A stretch of 64,000 bases of DNA. Source: Candidatus Micrarchaeota archaeon. GTDB lineage: Archaea > Micrarchaeota > Micrarchaeia > Anstonellales > Bilamarchaeaceae. A program made the translations under genes and the position numbers. Of the stretch, positions 39,223 to 49,347 are shown in pieces (the first letter of the stretch is position 1; the number at the start of each line of letters is the position of its first letter). The notes under the pieces were generated by a model, which ran no database searches, was not told the origin of the DNA, and saw only the letters and a program-made list of their open reading frames with translations. Location: NCBI GenBank assembly GCA_038046805.1, contig JBBSVO010000007.1, positions 32,001 through 96,000 on the forward strand, given 5' to 3'.

Positions 39223-39966
39223 ATGAAGCTAGTTGTAAATGAAGCACCTGCTCTTAAGTCGGCAATGGATGCCATAGTGAATCTTGTGGATGAAGGACAG
39301 TTTGAAATAACACCTGAAGGATTATCCCTGCGCGCAATGGACCCTTCTCAGATTTCAATGGTTTCTTTTCACATGCCAAAAATGTCCTTTGTAGAATACC
39401 ACGTTGAAGATACGATGAAGATTGGGTTAGATATGGCACAATTAAGCAATGTCCTTTCGCGCGGAAACAAAGGAGAAAAGGCAGAACTGAGCGTTGAGGA
39501 AGGACGGCTCGTAGTGCGGTTCATAATGGACAAAAAGAAAAGAACATTCAAAATCCCGCTTCTTGAGATTGGCGAGGGAGTGCAAAGAGAGCCAAAGATC
39601 GAATTCAAAAGCTTTGTAAAAGTCGGAGCAGACGCACTGAAAGAAGCACTGAAGGACGCGAAACTTGTAAGCTCGCATGTGAGATTTGTACTGGAAAGCG
39701 ACTCATTCACCGTTGAAGTAAAGGGCGATGGGGGAGACGTGAAAGCGGAATTTGAAAAGGGAAGCCCTGCAATAGGGGAAATCCACGTAAGCGGGGATGC
39801 AAAAGCAACATTCCCATTGCAATATCTTGAGGATATTGTAAAGGCAAGTTCTGGCAGCAGTATGGTCACACTTAATCTGGAAACTGACAGGCCGCTAAGG
39901 GTGGAATATGAGATTGAAGGCGCAAAGGTTGCGTATTTCCTTGCGCCAAGGATTGAGACGGAGTGA
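39223..39966 (+). CDS. pcn: DNA polymerase sliding clamp PCNA
   Basis: LVDEG.F....G...AMDPS.ISM, D.PL...Y and FLAPRIE. Confidence 0.96.
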   Translation: MKLVVNEAPALKSAMDAIVNLVDEGQFEITPEGLSLRAMDPSQISMVSFHMPKMSFVEYHVEDTMKIGLDMAQLSNVLSRGNKGEKAELSVEEGRLVVRFIMDKKKRTFKIPLLEIGEGVQREPKIEFKSFVKVGADALKEALKDAKLVSSHVRFVLESDSFTVEVKGDGGDVKAEFEKGSPAIGEIHVSGDAKATFPLQYLEDIVKASSGSSMVTLNLETDRPLRVEYEIEGAKVAYFLAPRIETE

Positions 39967-39976
39967 TGTGAATAAT

Positions 39977-41020
39977 ATGCGCAAACTGCGAACAGAACAC
40001 AGACCACCTTCGTGCGCGCGTCCAAGACCTCTTAGGCATATTATGGTTGAGGATGGAATCACAAATATAATGAAAGGTGTTGGGAGTCCATTGTGGATGT
40101 GGGGCACGGTTAATACGTTTCATGAAACACCTTATGTAATAGAAACGGTCGGGCAAGCAGTTCTTTCCAGCAAGGCGAGTCACTATACCCGGGCAATGGG
40201 ATTGAACCAATTATATATGGGGGCATTTGGGCATACGCAAACTGGTGGCACACCGAATGAAAAGGTGCAAAAACAAGCGGCACAGAAACTAAAAGAGATT
40301 TTGCATAGAGGAAACGCGGGTCTGGTAAAACTCCTTAAAGAAATGCTTGAAGAGCTTATGAAACCTGCAAAAGCCGAGGGAAGAGAACGATTTTTCGGGT
40401 GTCATGATATACGTGGACAGGTCATACCTGAAAGAAAGGTCATGGCAAAAAGATTCATTGATGCCTGCCAGTCCCATCTGACATTGGGTGAGTGCGAATT
40501 CTGCGAACCATCGTTTGAACGCGGAAATGAAATGGTCGGACGATGTTTAGGCGTATTGGGCGGTCGGACACATGTTATGATGGAACTTCATGAAGAGCCA
40601 GAAAGGATAAAGGATGTTGCAAGGTTTTTGTTTAAAAAAATGAGGGCGGAAGAGCGGCCTCCTTTATACAATGAAATGCTGAAAGACGCAGCATGGCTTA
40701 TGATTGTCAGCACTGCGTTTAACCCAAAATCTTTTAGCATGAAAGGCAGGGAAAACAAAAGATTATCTAAAATGGCAATGGAATTATTGAGAAGGGGAAT
40801 AAACGAACGCAAAGATGTGGCTCCACTAAGCTTTGATGGAAGGATAGACCTTCGCAGAACAGTCGGCCTTGGCACGCTTTTTGCAATCGGCGATGTCTGC
40901 AGGAAATTGACAAAACATGGCGGATTGGCGCATGAAAAGGATACACCGCTTGGAAACTCAGTCAGGGAAGTCAAAAAGACATGCGGACAGGCACTTTACG
41001 AAGAAATGCCGGGATGCTAG
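39977..41020 (+). CDS. Hypothetical protein
   Basis: 347-aa ORF following pcn. Confidence 0.65.
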   Translation: MRKLRTEHRPPSCARPRPLRHIMVEDGITNIMKGVGSPLWMWGTVNTFHETPYVIETVGQAVLSSKASHYTRAMGLNQLYMGAFGHTQTGGTPNEKVQKQAAQKLKEILHRGNAGLVKLLKEMLEELMKPAKAEGRERFFGCHDIRGQVIPERKVMAKRFIDACQSHLTLGECEFCEPSFERGNEMVGRCLGVLGGRTHVMMELHEEPERIKDVARFLFKKMRAEERPPLYNEMLKDAAWLMIVSTAFNPKSFSMKGRENKRLSKMAMELLRRGINERKDVAPLSFDGRIDLRRTVGLGTLFAIGDVCRKLTKHGGLAHEKDTPLGNSVREVKKTCGQALYEEMPGC

Positions 41021-41055
41021 AGAATAAATAATGTAAAAGAATACGAGATGAAAAC

Positions 41056-41715
41056 ATGGTCGGACCGATTCAAGCACCAGCTCCAAAACAGGTAGGTACG
41101 CCTCCGGGAAGCAGGCCGGAATTCGGGATTCCCAAAACAAGAGAGGCACCTCGGCATGCAACAGGCTCAAGAGAATGGTTTATTGAGATCCTGAGCGCTG
41201 TGCGGCTCGATACAGATAGTTTTCATGAAATCGCCAGGCTCCTGTTTGATATTAAAATCGAGGGATGGAAAACAGATACAACAATAGTATTAGAGTTCGC
41301 AGATATTCTTCTTAATATTATTGCGGACAGGACTGCCAATTGCGGTGCAAGGAAAAAATCAGTAAATATAATTGTCCCTGCCCTGGTCCTTGGCCATCCT
41401 CAAAACGAATGGATATTTCAAGCCCTGCTTCGTATGACGCACGACCCGGCACTGCGCGAGATAATCCACGCGGCATTGGAGGGAGAGGTTGGATTTCGTA
41501 TGGGCATTGCAAAGATGGATAGGCAGGACTGGAAAACCCGGTATCCAGATGTAAAATATTCTAACGAGTTGGTATCTGTTCTTGATAAAGGGAGTGAACA
41601 CCCGTACACCGATCTCAACCCATCTTTAATGCGTCCAGGAACAAAATTAGAATGTCTCCTTAAGGCATGCGAAATGCACGCGAGCGGGACATGCCCGGAA
41701 TGTGAAGGGACTTAG
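41056..41715 (+). CDS. Hypothetical protein
   Basis: 219-aa ORF with a C-terminal CxxH...CxxC. Confidence 0.6.
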   Translation: MVGPIQAPAPKQVGTPPGSRPEFGIPKTREAPRHATGSREWFIEILSAVRLDTDSFHEIARLLFDIKIEGWKTDTTIVLEFADILLNIIADRTANCGARKKSVNIIVPALVLGHPQNEWIFQALLRMTHDPALREIIHAALEGEVGFRMGIAKMDRQDWKTRYPDVKYSNELVSVLDKGSEHPYTDLNPSLMRPGTKLECLLKACEMHASGTCPECEGT

Positions 41716-41732
41716 AACGAGTGGGAAATAAA

Positions 41733-42401
41733 ATGACACATAGATTTAGTCCGGGTGGAATTCGTGCTGGTAAACTGCTAGATGGTGCACTCAAAGGACG
41801 GCCTCACCTGCCACCGGAAGTTCGAAAAGGTGATCTGGAAATAGGAAAAAGATTGGCAGTTCGGAAGTTAAGTAACGTGAAACAACCTTCGCTAATTTTA
41901 AAGGAGATATCTGAAACTCCAGATGCCATGGAACACCTCGAAGCTGCGTTCGCTCAATGTAGCCCCATTTTGGATCCGTTTTCGTTTGGTGCCATATTTA
42001 CCTGTTTAGAAAATTGTATATATGGTGGAGCTGAATTTCCAGATATATCACAACGTGCAGTGAACATTTTGGATAAGGCGATAAAAGCTGATGCTATCCC
42101 GCACTGGCGGAGCACTTTATTTAAGAAAGTCATTACTATGCGAAAGAATCTTGAATCAGAAATCACTTATTTACAACTGCGTTTGAAACCTACGGCGCAC
42201 GATTCATTTAAAACAGATCAAAGTGACCGAAGAGACCCCACTGCAAGCAGTGGGGTATGCGCTCATTCGGTCACTACTTCACAAATTGTGGACGCTGCAA
42301 GCAGCGAGGTATCAAACCCACAATTTGTGAATGAAGAAAGGCGTGCGACCATAAAACAAATAGAGTATCTTCAATCGGTTTTATCAAAATTAAAATATTA
42401 A
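41733..42401 (+). CDS. Hypothetical protein
   Basis: 222-aa ORF. Confidence 0.6.
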   Translation: MTHRFSPGGIRAGKLLDGALKGRPHLPPEVRKGDLEIGKRLAVRKLSNVKQPSLILKEISETPDAMEHLEAAFAQCSPILDPFSFGAIFTCLENCIYGGAEFPDISQRAVNILDKAIKADAIPHWRSTLFKKVITMRKNLESEITYLQLRLKPTAHDSFKTDQSDRRDPTASSGVCAHSVTTSQIVDAASSEVSNPQFVNEERRATIKQIEYLQSVLSKLKY

Positions 42402-43777
42402 ATGCTCAGTGCAACAACAGCCGAATCTTCCGGACTTGGCATTGAAAGATAATCCCCGATAATCTTTTTCTTTCCGAACATCTGACCGCGGGCATGCTCA
42501 TAGATTGAAGTCGCAACTTTTTGCGGATTCGGACGATCAATCGAATTAATAAGTTCCGCAATAGTTTCCTCCCCAGAGGCTGCGGTTATCGCCCCGTTCC
42601 TGCAGCGAAAAGGTAATTGACGCCAGACTCCATCGCTGATTGCTACGAGCATGTCAAGATCCGTGAGATCGGCAAGACCTATGTTCGGACTGCGAAGCCG
42701 GAATTCCGGGTGAAGAACACGTTTGCCGGAATATTTCCCGCGGATTTGCTGACTAAACGAACCGATATAAACGTGAGGGAATTCTGCTTCCCGGAAAAAC
42801 GCGGATTCGTTTATATGAATTCCTTTATCGATTGAACCGCAGATTCCATCATCTGTAGTAATTTTTGTTACAGATGCCCCATTTCCGCGATCGGTTGAAA
42901 CCCCGTAAATGCGGGAATCCCCAAGATTTAGATATGCAAGCCTCTTCCCAAAAACAACCCCGACAGACGCTGTTGTCCCGCCAAAGTTAGTCATTGAATC
43001 GCTGATAGTTGCATCGGCCTCGTTTGCATATTTTGTCAGAATATGAAGTATCTGACTTGCATCTTCCACGTCGCGCAATTTCTCAACATATTCCTTCAAC
43101 ACACCGAGTGCGAGCGTGGATGGCTTGCTGTCTTCTCCCTTTCCGTCAATAAAGCCGTCAAAAATCCCGAAAACCGCCGCGCGCTTTCCGCGATGATAAA
43201 GTTCCTGAAAAAATGCGGCATCGCCGGATTTGACCTCACCTTTCTTCTTCGGCTTTTTATCAACAATAGCCGAGGCCGAACAGAATTCGAGATGCTCAGC
43301 CGCAAGCTCGGCAATATCCGCAAGCTCAATCACAGCCCCATCAGCAAAAAATTCATCGTTGAAATCACATTTGTCAAGCATGTCAAGCAGTTGCGCTGCT
43401 TTTTCCTTGTATTGCCTGCGCAGCCTGCGTGACTGTGAACTTTCCCACGCATGGCCCCGTTTCATTAAAGCAATAAGCCGATTCATTACATCTACGCGCG
43501 AGCGGGAGCGGTCCATATTGTAGATAAGAGCGAAGCGATCCATATCCTTCTTTGCAACAAAGCATCGTTCCTCAAAGGATTTTCCAACAGCGCGTGCAAC
43601 GATTCCCTTATACTGGATGTCGGAAAGAACACGCTCGTGGATTCTTATCTCCGGCTGCTGAAGCTCGTCAGGTGCAGAAATCTGATCTGCAAGGCCGAAC
43701 TCTTTTTTCTCAATTTGCTCAACCAGCATTCTGTGCTCTAGCACTTTTGCACGTACGGCATGAGATAACTTGGTCAT
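42398..43777 (-). CDS. PP2C/PPM-type phosphatase domain protein with a helical N-terminus
   Basis: SGDA, FGIFDG, GTT, NLGDSR.Y, ISDGVW and ED.AVV. Confidence 0.8.
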   Translation of the reverse strand: MTKLSHAVRAKVLEHRMLVEQIEKKEFGLADQISAPDELQQPEIRIHERVLSDIQYKGIVARAVGKSFEERCFVAKKDMDRFALIYNMDRSRSRVDVMNRLIALMKRGHAWESSQSRRLRRQYKEKAAQLLDMLDKCDFNDEFFADGAVIELADIAELAAEHLEFCSASAIVDKKPKKKGEVKSGDAAFFQELYHRGKRAAVFGIFDGFIDGKGEDSKPSTLALGVLKEYVEKLRDVEDASQILHILTKYANEADATISDSMTNFGGTTASVGVVFGKRLAYLNLGDSRIYGVSTDRGNGASVTKITTDDGICGSIDKGIHINESAFFREAEFPHVYIGSFSQQIRGKYSGKRVLHPEFRLRSPNIGLADLTDLDMLVAISDGVWRQLPFRCRNGAITAASGEETIAELINSIDRPNPQKVATSIYEHARGQMFGKKKIIGDYLSMPSPEDSAVVALSI

Positions 43778-43828
43778 AAATAGTGATTCTACTAGCAGAT
43801 TTATAAATGTAATTAGCATATTTTGATT

Positions 43829-44602
43829 ATGAACAGAGAACTAATACTAATTCTCGCAGTCGCGGTATTGGTCCTTTCGGGATGCGTAACTCAAACATTC
43901 ACGCAAAAGATGGAGCGCGACGGCACTTCCGTTGTTGAAAGCAAAACAAACCTCGTACAGTATCCGGGTTATTTAAAACTCATAAATGACGAATATAAGA
44001 AAAAAGATGTTGCTGGGGAAGTGGCAGCCCTGATTGAAAAGGTATGTTTGGGAATTGAAGAAAAAGACCCTCTGACAAAATGCAGTGTTGACTCCCTTTC
44101 ACTGGTAATGAAAAAAGAATTCACCACAAAAGACGGGTATTATACTTTTGAAGCAAAAGAAGGTATTCCATATACTACTTATACGTTGAAGGTAAATAAA
44201 ATTCCAGTAGATAAATTTTCCAAGGAATTACAGGCACAACAGAAAATAATAGCTGCGAGCCCCTATGGTTCAGGTATACCTCTGAAAATGACGGCAATAG
44301 ATTTGAGAAAGGCTGAAGACACGTCTATTGCAGCACAAGGACTTGAACAGGTACAAGGACTGGGATTGATTTACTCTGTTGAAATGCCTGGGGAGATAGT
44401 AAAGGCAGAGGCAGGAAATTACTTTGCGGCCGTATCGGGAAATACTGCTGAATTTGACTTATTGAGCGTAATGAAAAATTCCACCCCACTTGTTGTTGAA
44501 TCCCAGGAGATAAACGTGCTTTGGATAGTGGTTATAATCGGAATACTGGCACTTGTAGTAGTTGGATACTTGTTCTTTGCCGGGCAGAAAAAGAGTGTGT
44601 AG
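43829..44602 (+). CDS. Lipoprotein-like protein with a C-terminal membrane anchor
   Basis: Lipobox VLSGC, DGTS, V.MPG.I..A and a C-terminal transmembrane helix with a basic tail. Confidence 0.75.
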   Translation: MNRELILILAVAVLVLSGCVTQTFTQKMERDGTSVVESKTNLVQYPGYLKLINDEYKKKDVAGEVAALIEKVCLGIEEKDPLTKCSVDSLSLVMKKEFTTKDGYYTFEAKEGIPYTTYTLKVNKIPVDKFSKELQAQQKIIAASPYGSGIPLKMTAIDLRKAEDTSIAAQGLEQVQGLGLIYSVEMPGEIVKAEAGNYFAAVSGNTAEFDLLSVMKNSTPLVVESQEINVLWIVVIIGILALVVVGYLFFAGQKKSV

Positions 44603-44619
44603 GTAGATTTCCTCGCATC

Positions 44620-44853
44620 TTATGTTTCGAAATTTCTATTTCTGTAGCGATACAAATATCGCAAAATGAGGTAAGGAACAGTCAAATAAGCGCCCCAGGT
44701 TAATGCCTCCCCGTAAGTAACTGTATTTTTTATCCAGATTAGATTAAGAATAAATGAGCCCGATGCAATTGCTCCTGCTAATACCAAGAAGGTGAAAAAG
44801 ATATAAGCTAAGAAAAATAAGACAATTTTGGATTTACCGAGAAGACTGTCTAT
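44620..44853 (-). CDS. Putative small membrane protein (77 aa, ATA start)
   Basis: Open frame with two hydrophobic helices. GGTGG lies 4 nt before ATA and there is an in-frame stop just upstream. Confidence 0.4.
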   Translation of the reverse strand: MDSLLGKSKIVLFFLAYIFFTFLVLAGAIASGSFILNLIWIKNTVTYGEALTWGAYLTVPYLILRYLYRYRNRNFET

Positions 44854-45013
44854 GGTTCCACCATGTGTATCTTATTCCCCAGTGGACTTTTAATCCTTAT
44901 TCTATAAATAAGAGATCGGATGAACCAAAGCTCCGGTGAACGGAAAAGACAAAGTTGCCAAGCGTGTGAGGGGCTGAGGGGACTGGTTTAACTTCCTAGG
45001 AAGAATCTGTAGC

Positions 45014-46333
45014 TTATTCGCCAATAATTGCCCCGATAATCTTATTCGCATCAAACTTCTCCAAATCCGAGTACTGTTGTCCAGTTCCGATATAAGAAAT
45101 TGGAACTCCGGTAGCGTGCGGAATTGAAATAACCGCTCCGCCCTTTGCATCGCAGTCCAGTTTTGTGAGAATTACTCCGTCAATCCCTCCAAGCTCTTTG
45201 TTAAATTCATTTACCTGATCGATAATTGCACTTCCTGCAATGCTTTCACCTATATAGAGCTTTAGCTTTGGCTTGATGACACGGACCATCTTCTTAAGTT
45301 CGGTCATGAGACTCTGATTTGTTTCCTGTCTTCCGGCAGTGTCTATGAGTACGACGTCAATTCCACTGGCTTTTGCATGATTGACAGCATCAAATGCAAC
45401 TGCAGTTGGATCACTACCATAAGGTCGTTTGATTACTCGCACACCAAGACGATTTCCATGGACCTCCATCTGTTCGATGGCAGCTGCCCGAAATGTATCG
45501 CTTGCGGAAAAAACAACCTTTAGGCCATTATCCATCAGAAGTTTCGCGAATTTTGCTATTGTAGTTGTCTTCCCGGCACCGTTCACGCCAAGGAACATTA
45601 TCGGAACTGGCTTTTCTGCTTTGTGAACAAATTCAACAATATCGGCCCCTTCTTTTTCTCCAGAAATACGAACAAGAGAGGATTTGATTGTGTTGCGAAC
45701 AGACTTGCCAACATCCCCGCGTTTCACTTTTAATCCAACGAGTTTCTTCTCCATGTCCTGCTTGATTTCTTCTGTAACAGAATAGGAAACATCACTCTCT
45801 AAAAGGTCCATTTCAAGGCCATCTAAAAGGTCTGAAACATCTGATTTTTGGATTTCGATTTCCCCGAAAACAAGTCCTTTTATATGACCGGCTAATCCAA
45901 GCTTTACTTCGGATTTCCGTTCTTTTTGTTCTTTTGGCTCCCAAAGTTCCTGTTTTTTCTCAGGTCGCGGTTCTTGTTTTTTTGCTGGTTGCGATTCTTC
46001 TTTTCTTTCAGGTTCTTTTATTTCTGGCTTTTGCTCTTTTTTCTGTGCCTGTTTTTTTTCTTCTTTCTTTTCTTCTTTTTTTATTTCCGCACGCGCTAAT
46101 GGCTTTAGAACAGATTTGGAAATTTGCTGTTTCTGTTCTTTTGGAACGTGTTCCTGCGTTTCTTGAATTGGTTCTGTTTGTTTAATTTCCAAAATAGGGG
46201 TAGATGATTCTATTTCAACTTTCTTCTTTTCCTCCAATAATTCTTTTGGAACTTCTGCTGGTTTTTTTTCTTCTTCCCGCTTTGTCAATCCTCCAATAAA
46301 ATTCGAAATCTTTTTCTTTAGAAGGTCAAACAT
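45014..46333 (-). CDS. ftsY: SRP receptor FtsY
   Basis: GVNGAGKTTT, DTFRAAA, DTAGR and TKLD.DAKGG, with a charged N-terminal region. Confidence 0.96.
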   Translation of the reverse strand: MFDLLKKKISNFIGGLTKREEEKKPAEVPKELLEEKKKVEIESSTPILEIKQTEPIQETQEHVPKEQKQQISKSVLKPLARAEIKKEEKKEEKKQAQKKEQKPEIKEPERKEESQPAKKQEPRPEKKQELWEPKEQKERKSEVKLGLAGHIKGLVFGEIEIQKSDVSDLLDGLEMDLLESDVSYSVTEEIKQDMEKKLVGLKVKRGDVGKSVRNTIKSSLVRISGEKEGADIVEFVHKAEKPVPIMFLGVNGAGKTTTIAKFAKLLMDNGLKVVFSASDTFRAAAIEQMEVHGNRLGVRVIKRPYGSDPTAVAFDAVNHAKASGIDVVLIDTAGRQETNQSLMTELKKMVRVIKPKLKLYIGESIAGSAIIDQVNEFNKELGGIDGVILTKLDCDAKGGAVISIPHATGVPISYIGTGQQYSDLEKFDANKIIGAIIGE

Positions 46334-46389
46334 GGATGAAGCACCCGAATGGTCGCATTAAAAAATCTGAAATAAAAAAACGAAAACGA

Positions 46390-46851
46390 TTAGATATAAT
46401 CTTCTCCAATATTGTCTTCGACTCTTTTATTAAGAGCCATTTCTGATTGGAGGGTTCCGAGTTTTGTTCCGATGGAATTGAGCTTTCCGCTTATTCCGCC
46501 AAACTCTTCTTCCAGCCTGTGTAATGCTTTTTCAGTGGATTCGATTCTTCGTGCAAGTTCCCGGGCAGCTTCCTCTCTGCCCATCTGAACAAGATAACCT
46601 GCGCCAATTGGAACAAGAAGTGAGTGCGAATTTATATCAGAATTAAGAAATGCCCCACCCCCTATTGGAACAAGGGATAAACCATCCTTAAGATTACTTG
46701 CAGTCTTTTCCGCATTTCTAAGGTCAAGAAGAGTAAGCGTAATACGCTCCATTTCGCGCTGGAGAAGCCTAAGCTGTTCTCTGTAAACTGCAACTTCATA
46801 TGAAAGCTTCTGTCTTTCTTCTTCCATGCCTAACGGATTGCCAATTACCAT
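46390..46851 (-). CDS. pfdA: Prefoldin alpha subunit
   Basis: LVPIGGG.F and LVPIGAG hairpins between coiled coils, in the conserved operon position. Confidence 0.92.
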   Translation of the reverse strand: MVIGNPLGMEEERQKLSYEVAVYREQLRLLQREMERITLTLLDLRNAEKTASNLKDGLSLVPIGGGAFLNSDINSHSLLVPIGAGYLVQMGREEAARELARRIESTEKALHRLEEEFGGISGKLNSIGTKLGTLQSEMALNKRVEDNIGEDYI

Positions 46852-47028
46852 TTATGCACCCTTTTGTACGGTTTTAATTGAAACATTTGTCCTTTTTAAC
46901 CCATTCAGAGAACCGAACAGCTTCAGGATTTTTTCCCTTGCATCGTTTTCGGTCTTTGCCTCGACTTCCTTTACAAATGGCCTTACGCTAGAACCAAGTT
47001 TTATCGAACCAGATATCTCGAATTTCAT
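46852..47028 (-). CDS. rpl18a: 50S ribosomal protein L18Ae/LX (eL20)
   Basis: 58 aa read manually (MKFEISG...F.KEVEA..ENDAREK....GS....KR..V.I), lying between eif6 and pfdA. Confidence 0.88.
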   Translation of the reverse strand: MKFEISGSIKLGSSVRPFVKEVEAKTENDAREKILKLFGSLNGLKRTNVSIKTVQKGA

Positions 47029-47084
47029 ATTTTCACCTCAAAAATATTCATAGGAATGCTAAACAATTTATGAACGTTAAACAA

Positions 47085-47744
47085 TTATATTAGTCCCAAT
47101 GCCTCTTCAATTCTTCCAAGTTCAAACGCACTTGTTGCCGCGCCGGCAACATAACCTTTGTCGTTTGCAATTACACCCAGGGTAACAAAGCCTGCCCCCA
47201 TGTTGGCAGTTCCTTTTGAACCGCGGACTTTGAGTGCGCTTTCTATTGCTGAAAATTCCTCTTCACTTGTCTTAAAGTGGGTCAAAAACCCCTTATTAGT
47301 TGCAATGCAACAGCTTCCGACAGTATGATATCCGGCAATTTGTATTTGGACCAAATCAACGCCAAGAGTATCCTGCATCCGCAGGGTTTCTTCCCTGGTA
47401 ATACGGTCACTTATAATGCCGCCTTTATCATTGACAACAATATTATTGCCATGCGCGTTTTGGATTTCTTTGGAACGGTAAATGTTCAAACCGGATTTCT
47501 TAAGAAAAGAAATCTCTTCATCCGTGGTTATATTCGGAACAACCATTCCGCTTGAATTCATTACGCAATACAGACCGGAGATATTTGATTCCGCAATTGA
47601 TGTTTTTATCACGGATGTACCAAGTCTTTCTGTTATTATATCAATCATCTTGTCTTGCGCATCAACCGGAACAATTGTGATTGAATTATTCGTTTTTGCA
47701 AACATACCCACCCAGGGATTTCCATAATATGCTATCGAGTTCAT
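47085..47744 (-). CDS. eif6: Translation initiation factor 6
   Basis: GNPWVG, GN.I.VNDKG, VGS...ATNKG, GT.N.G and ELGRIEEAL. Confidence 0.95.
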   Translation of the reverse strand: MNSIAYYGNPWVGMFAKTNNSITIVPVDAQDKMIDIITERLGTSVIKTSIAESNISGLYCVMNSSGMVVPNITTDEEISFLKKSGLNIYRSKEIQNAHGNNIVVNDKGGIISDRITREETLRMQDTLGVDLVQIQIAGYHTVGSCCIATNKGFLTHFKTSEEEFSAIESALKVRGSKGTANMGAGFVTLGVIANDKGYVAGAATSAFELGRIEEALGLI

Positions 47745-47769
47745 CTAGAAAACCTTGGTTCAGTTTAAT

Positions 47770-48246
47770 TCATTTTGCTTCTTTCTCACTGGTTGTTTTT
47801 GGAACAGATGGTTCGGATTTTTGTTCTTTTTGGACTTTCGGTTCAGCAGCCTTTTCTTCTTTTTTGTCAGTTTTTTTCTCTTCTTTTTTAATTTCAGTTT
47901 TTGGCTCTGATTTTTTTTCAGTTTCTTTTGCGGCTGGCTTTTCTTCTTTTTTTGCCTCAACTTTCTTTATTTCCTCGGATTTCTCATCAGGAAGCCTTAC
48001 CACGACTTTTTCTCCTTCCTTGGAAACCTTAAACTTAAGATGACGAATTGGATTCGCAGCTCCGTAAGTCCAAATAAAATTATTGAGTGCAGTACTTAAT
48101 CGCACACTTGAAATGGTTGATTTCGAATGTCTTGCGACAAAGGTTTTTATGAGAGATACCGCCCTTCCGGCTCTCTTTTCCCGGGAAACCTTGTAGGCAT
48201 CCCCAAGACCCATTGAATATAATGTTTCAGATTTGTTTTCTGCCAT
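47770..48246 (-). CDS. rpl31e: 50S ribosomal protein L31e with a Lys/Glu-rich tail
   Basis: KRA.RAV..IK.FVARH and V.L...LN.FIW..G, plus operon position. Confidence 0.9.
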   Translation of the reverse strand: MAENKSETLYSMGLGDAYKVSREKRAGRAVSLIKTFVARHSKSTISSVRLSTALNNFIWTYGAANPIRHLKFKVSKEGEKVVVRLPDEKSEEIKKVEAKKEEKPAAKETEKKSEPKTEIKKEEKKTDKKEEKAAEPKVQKEQKSEPSVPKTTSEKEAK

Positions 48247-48265
48247 GATATCACCAGTTTTTAGA

Positions 48266-48424
48266 TTACTCTTTTATTCTGAGTTTATCGGTTCTCCATG
48301 TACGCCTTTTGTTGTTTGCCTGAACCTTTCGTTTTGTCCTTATTGTAACAAACACTGGCAGGCGTTTATTCTGCCTTTCTGCTTTTGCAAGACGCATCTT
48401 TTTTGTTAATTCTTTATGCCCCAT
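48266..48424 (-). CDS. rpl39e: 50S ribosomal protein L39e
   Basis: 52 aa read manually: K.RLAKA.RQN..LP.FV..RT.......RR.WR..KL. Confidence 0.92.
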   Translation of the reverse strand: MGHKELTKKMRLAKAERQNKRLPVFVTIRTKRKVQANNKRRTWRTDKLRIKE

Positions 48425-48457
48425 CAATATCACCCATAAATTTTCATGAACAACTGT

Positions 48458-48784
48458 TCATTTTCTTTCAAACGTAATTCTTGTATTTTTTTCACTTCGT
48501 TCCTTGAGCGTGCGAAGAACAGCGAGAAGTTCCTCTTCGGTTATTTTTCTCTGGAACCGTTGAAAGGCGCGCAAAAGATATTGAACTGCCGCAGTAAACA
48601 TCTGCTGGTTTGCCATTTTAACATTCATAATTCTGGCATACGCCGGCTCGTCAAGTACCATACGAAGAGTCGATTTCAACTGCTCTTCTGCTTTTTTTGC
48701 TTCTGTTCGTTTCTGCTGCGCGAGCATTTTCCGTTTGTGGATTTGCTCTGAACGGACATCGTCGCCTTCATCTTCCATTTCCAT
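48458..48784 (-). CDS. PDCD5/TFAR19-like DNA-binding protein
   Basis: LR..L...A.AR..NV.M and I.EE.L...L...I.F.RK, in the conserved position after rps19e. Confidence 0.88.
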   Translation of the reverse strand: MEMEDEGDDVRSEQIHKRKMLAQQKRTEAKKAEEQLKSTLRMVLDEPAYARIMNVKMANQQMFTAAVQYLLRAFQRFQRKITEEELLAVLRTLKERSEKNTRITFERK

Positions 48785-48790
48785 CGCCGA

Positions 48791-49201
48791 TTAGCCACTC
48801 AATTCTTTTGCTACAGAATCGAGGAGTTTTCTTCCTTTTGCACTCAAAGATCTTCCGGGGTTTTTCTTGACAAGCAAACCGTGTTTTTCCAGGGCCTGCA
48901 TTGCCTTTCTTATTGTTGAACCACCGGCTGGAGCATTATGTTCTGGCTGTACACCATTATTCTTTCTTCCACCATAGTGTCTGCGCAAACGATTTGTTCC
49001 GATAACATTACGGACATACGCTTGCCTTAAGACTGACGCACAGCGGATAAACCAAAAGTCCGCTTGTTCAGGAAGACGTTCTGCATGAGAACCTGTCTTT
49101 ACAAGACCAACAAATGCGGGCTTTTCAATACCCATCTTCTTCAGCTTGTCGGCAACACCGCCGATTAATTTATTCGCATCAACATCCAACGCAATTACCA
49201 T
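48791..49201 (-). CDS. rps19e: 30S ribosomal protein S19e
   Basis: VKTG.H.ER.P...W..R.AS.LR, YGG.K and GG..IRK..Q.LE. Confidence 0.96.
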   Translation of the reverse strand: MVIALDVDANKLIGGVADKLKKMGIEKPAFVGLVKTGSHAERLPEQADFWFIRCASVLRQAYVRNVIGTNRLRRHYGGRKNNGVQPEHNAPAGGSTIRKAMQALEKHGLLVKKNPGRSLSAKGRKLLDSVAKELSG

Positions 49202-49347
49202 ATCGAGTTCACCTTCTAGTCAAACATTTGCATGGGCCAATATGCACGAAATACTTACTAATTAGCTAATCCCCGCCTCCCAGTTGCAACTCAGAGAGGT
49301 TTATGTATTTAAGAAAGGGCGGTTATTTAAAGGTTTCGCGAAGCTGC

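Noticed and set aside
44912..45010. Possible SRP RNA or C/D sRNA beside ftsY
   Set aside because: No SRP helix-8 motif, only weak GGATGA and CTGA boxes, and no closing stem.
45900..48000. T-rich low-complexity tracts in ftsY and rpl31e
   Set aside because: Explained by Lys/Glu-rich protein extensions encoded on the minus strand.
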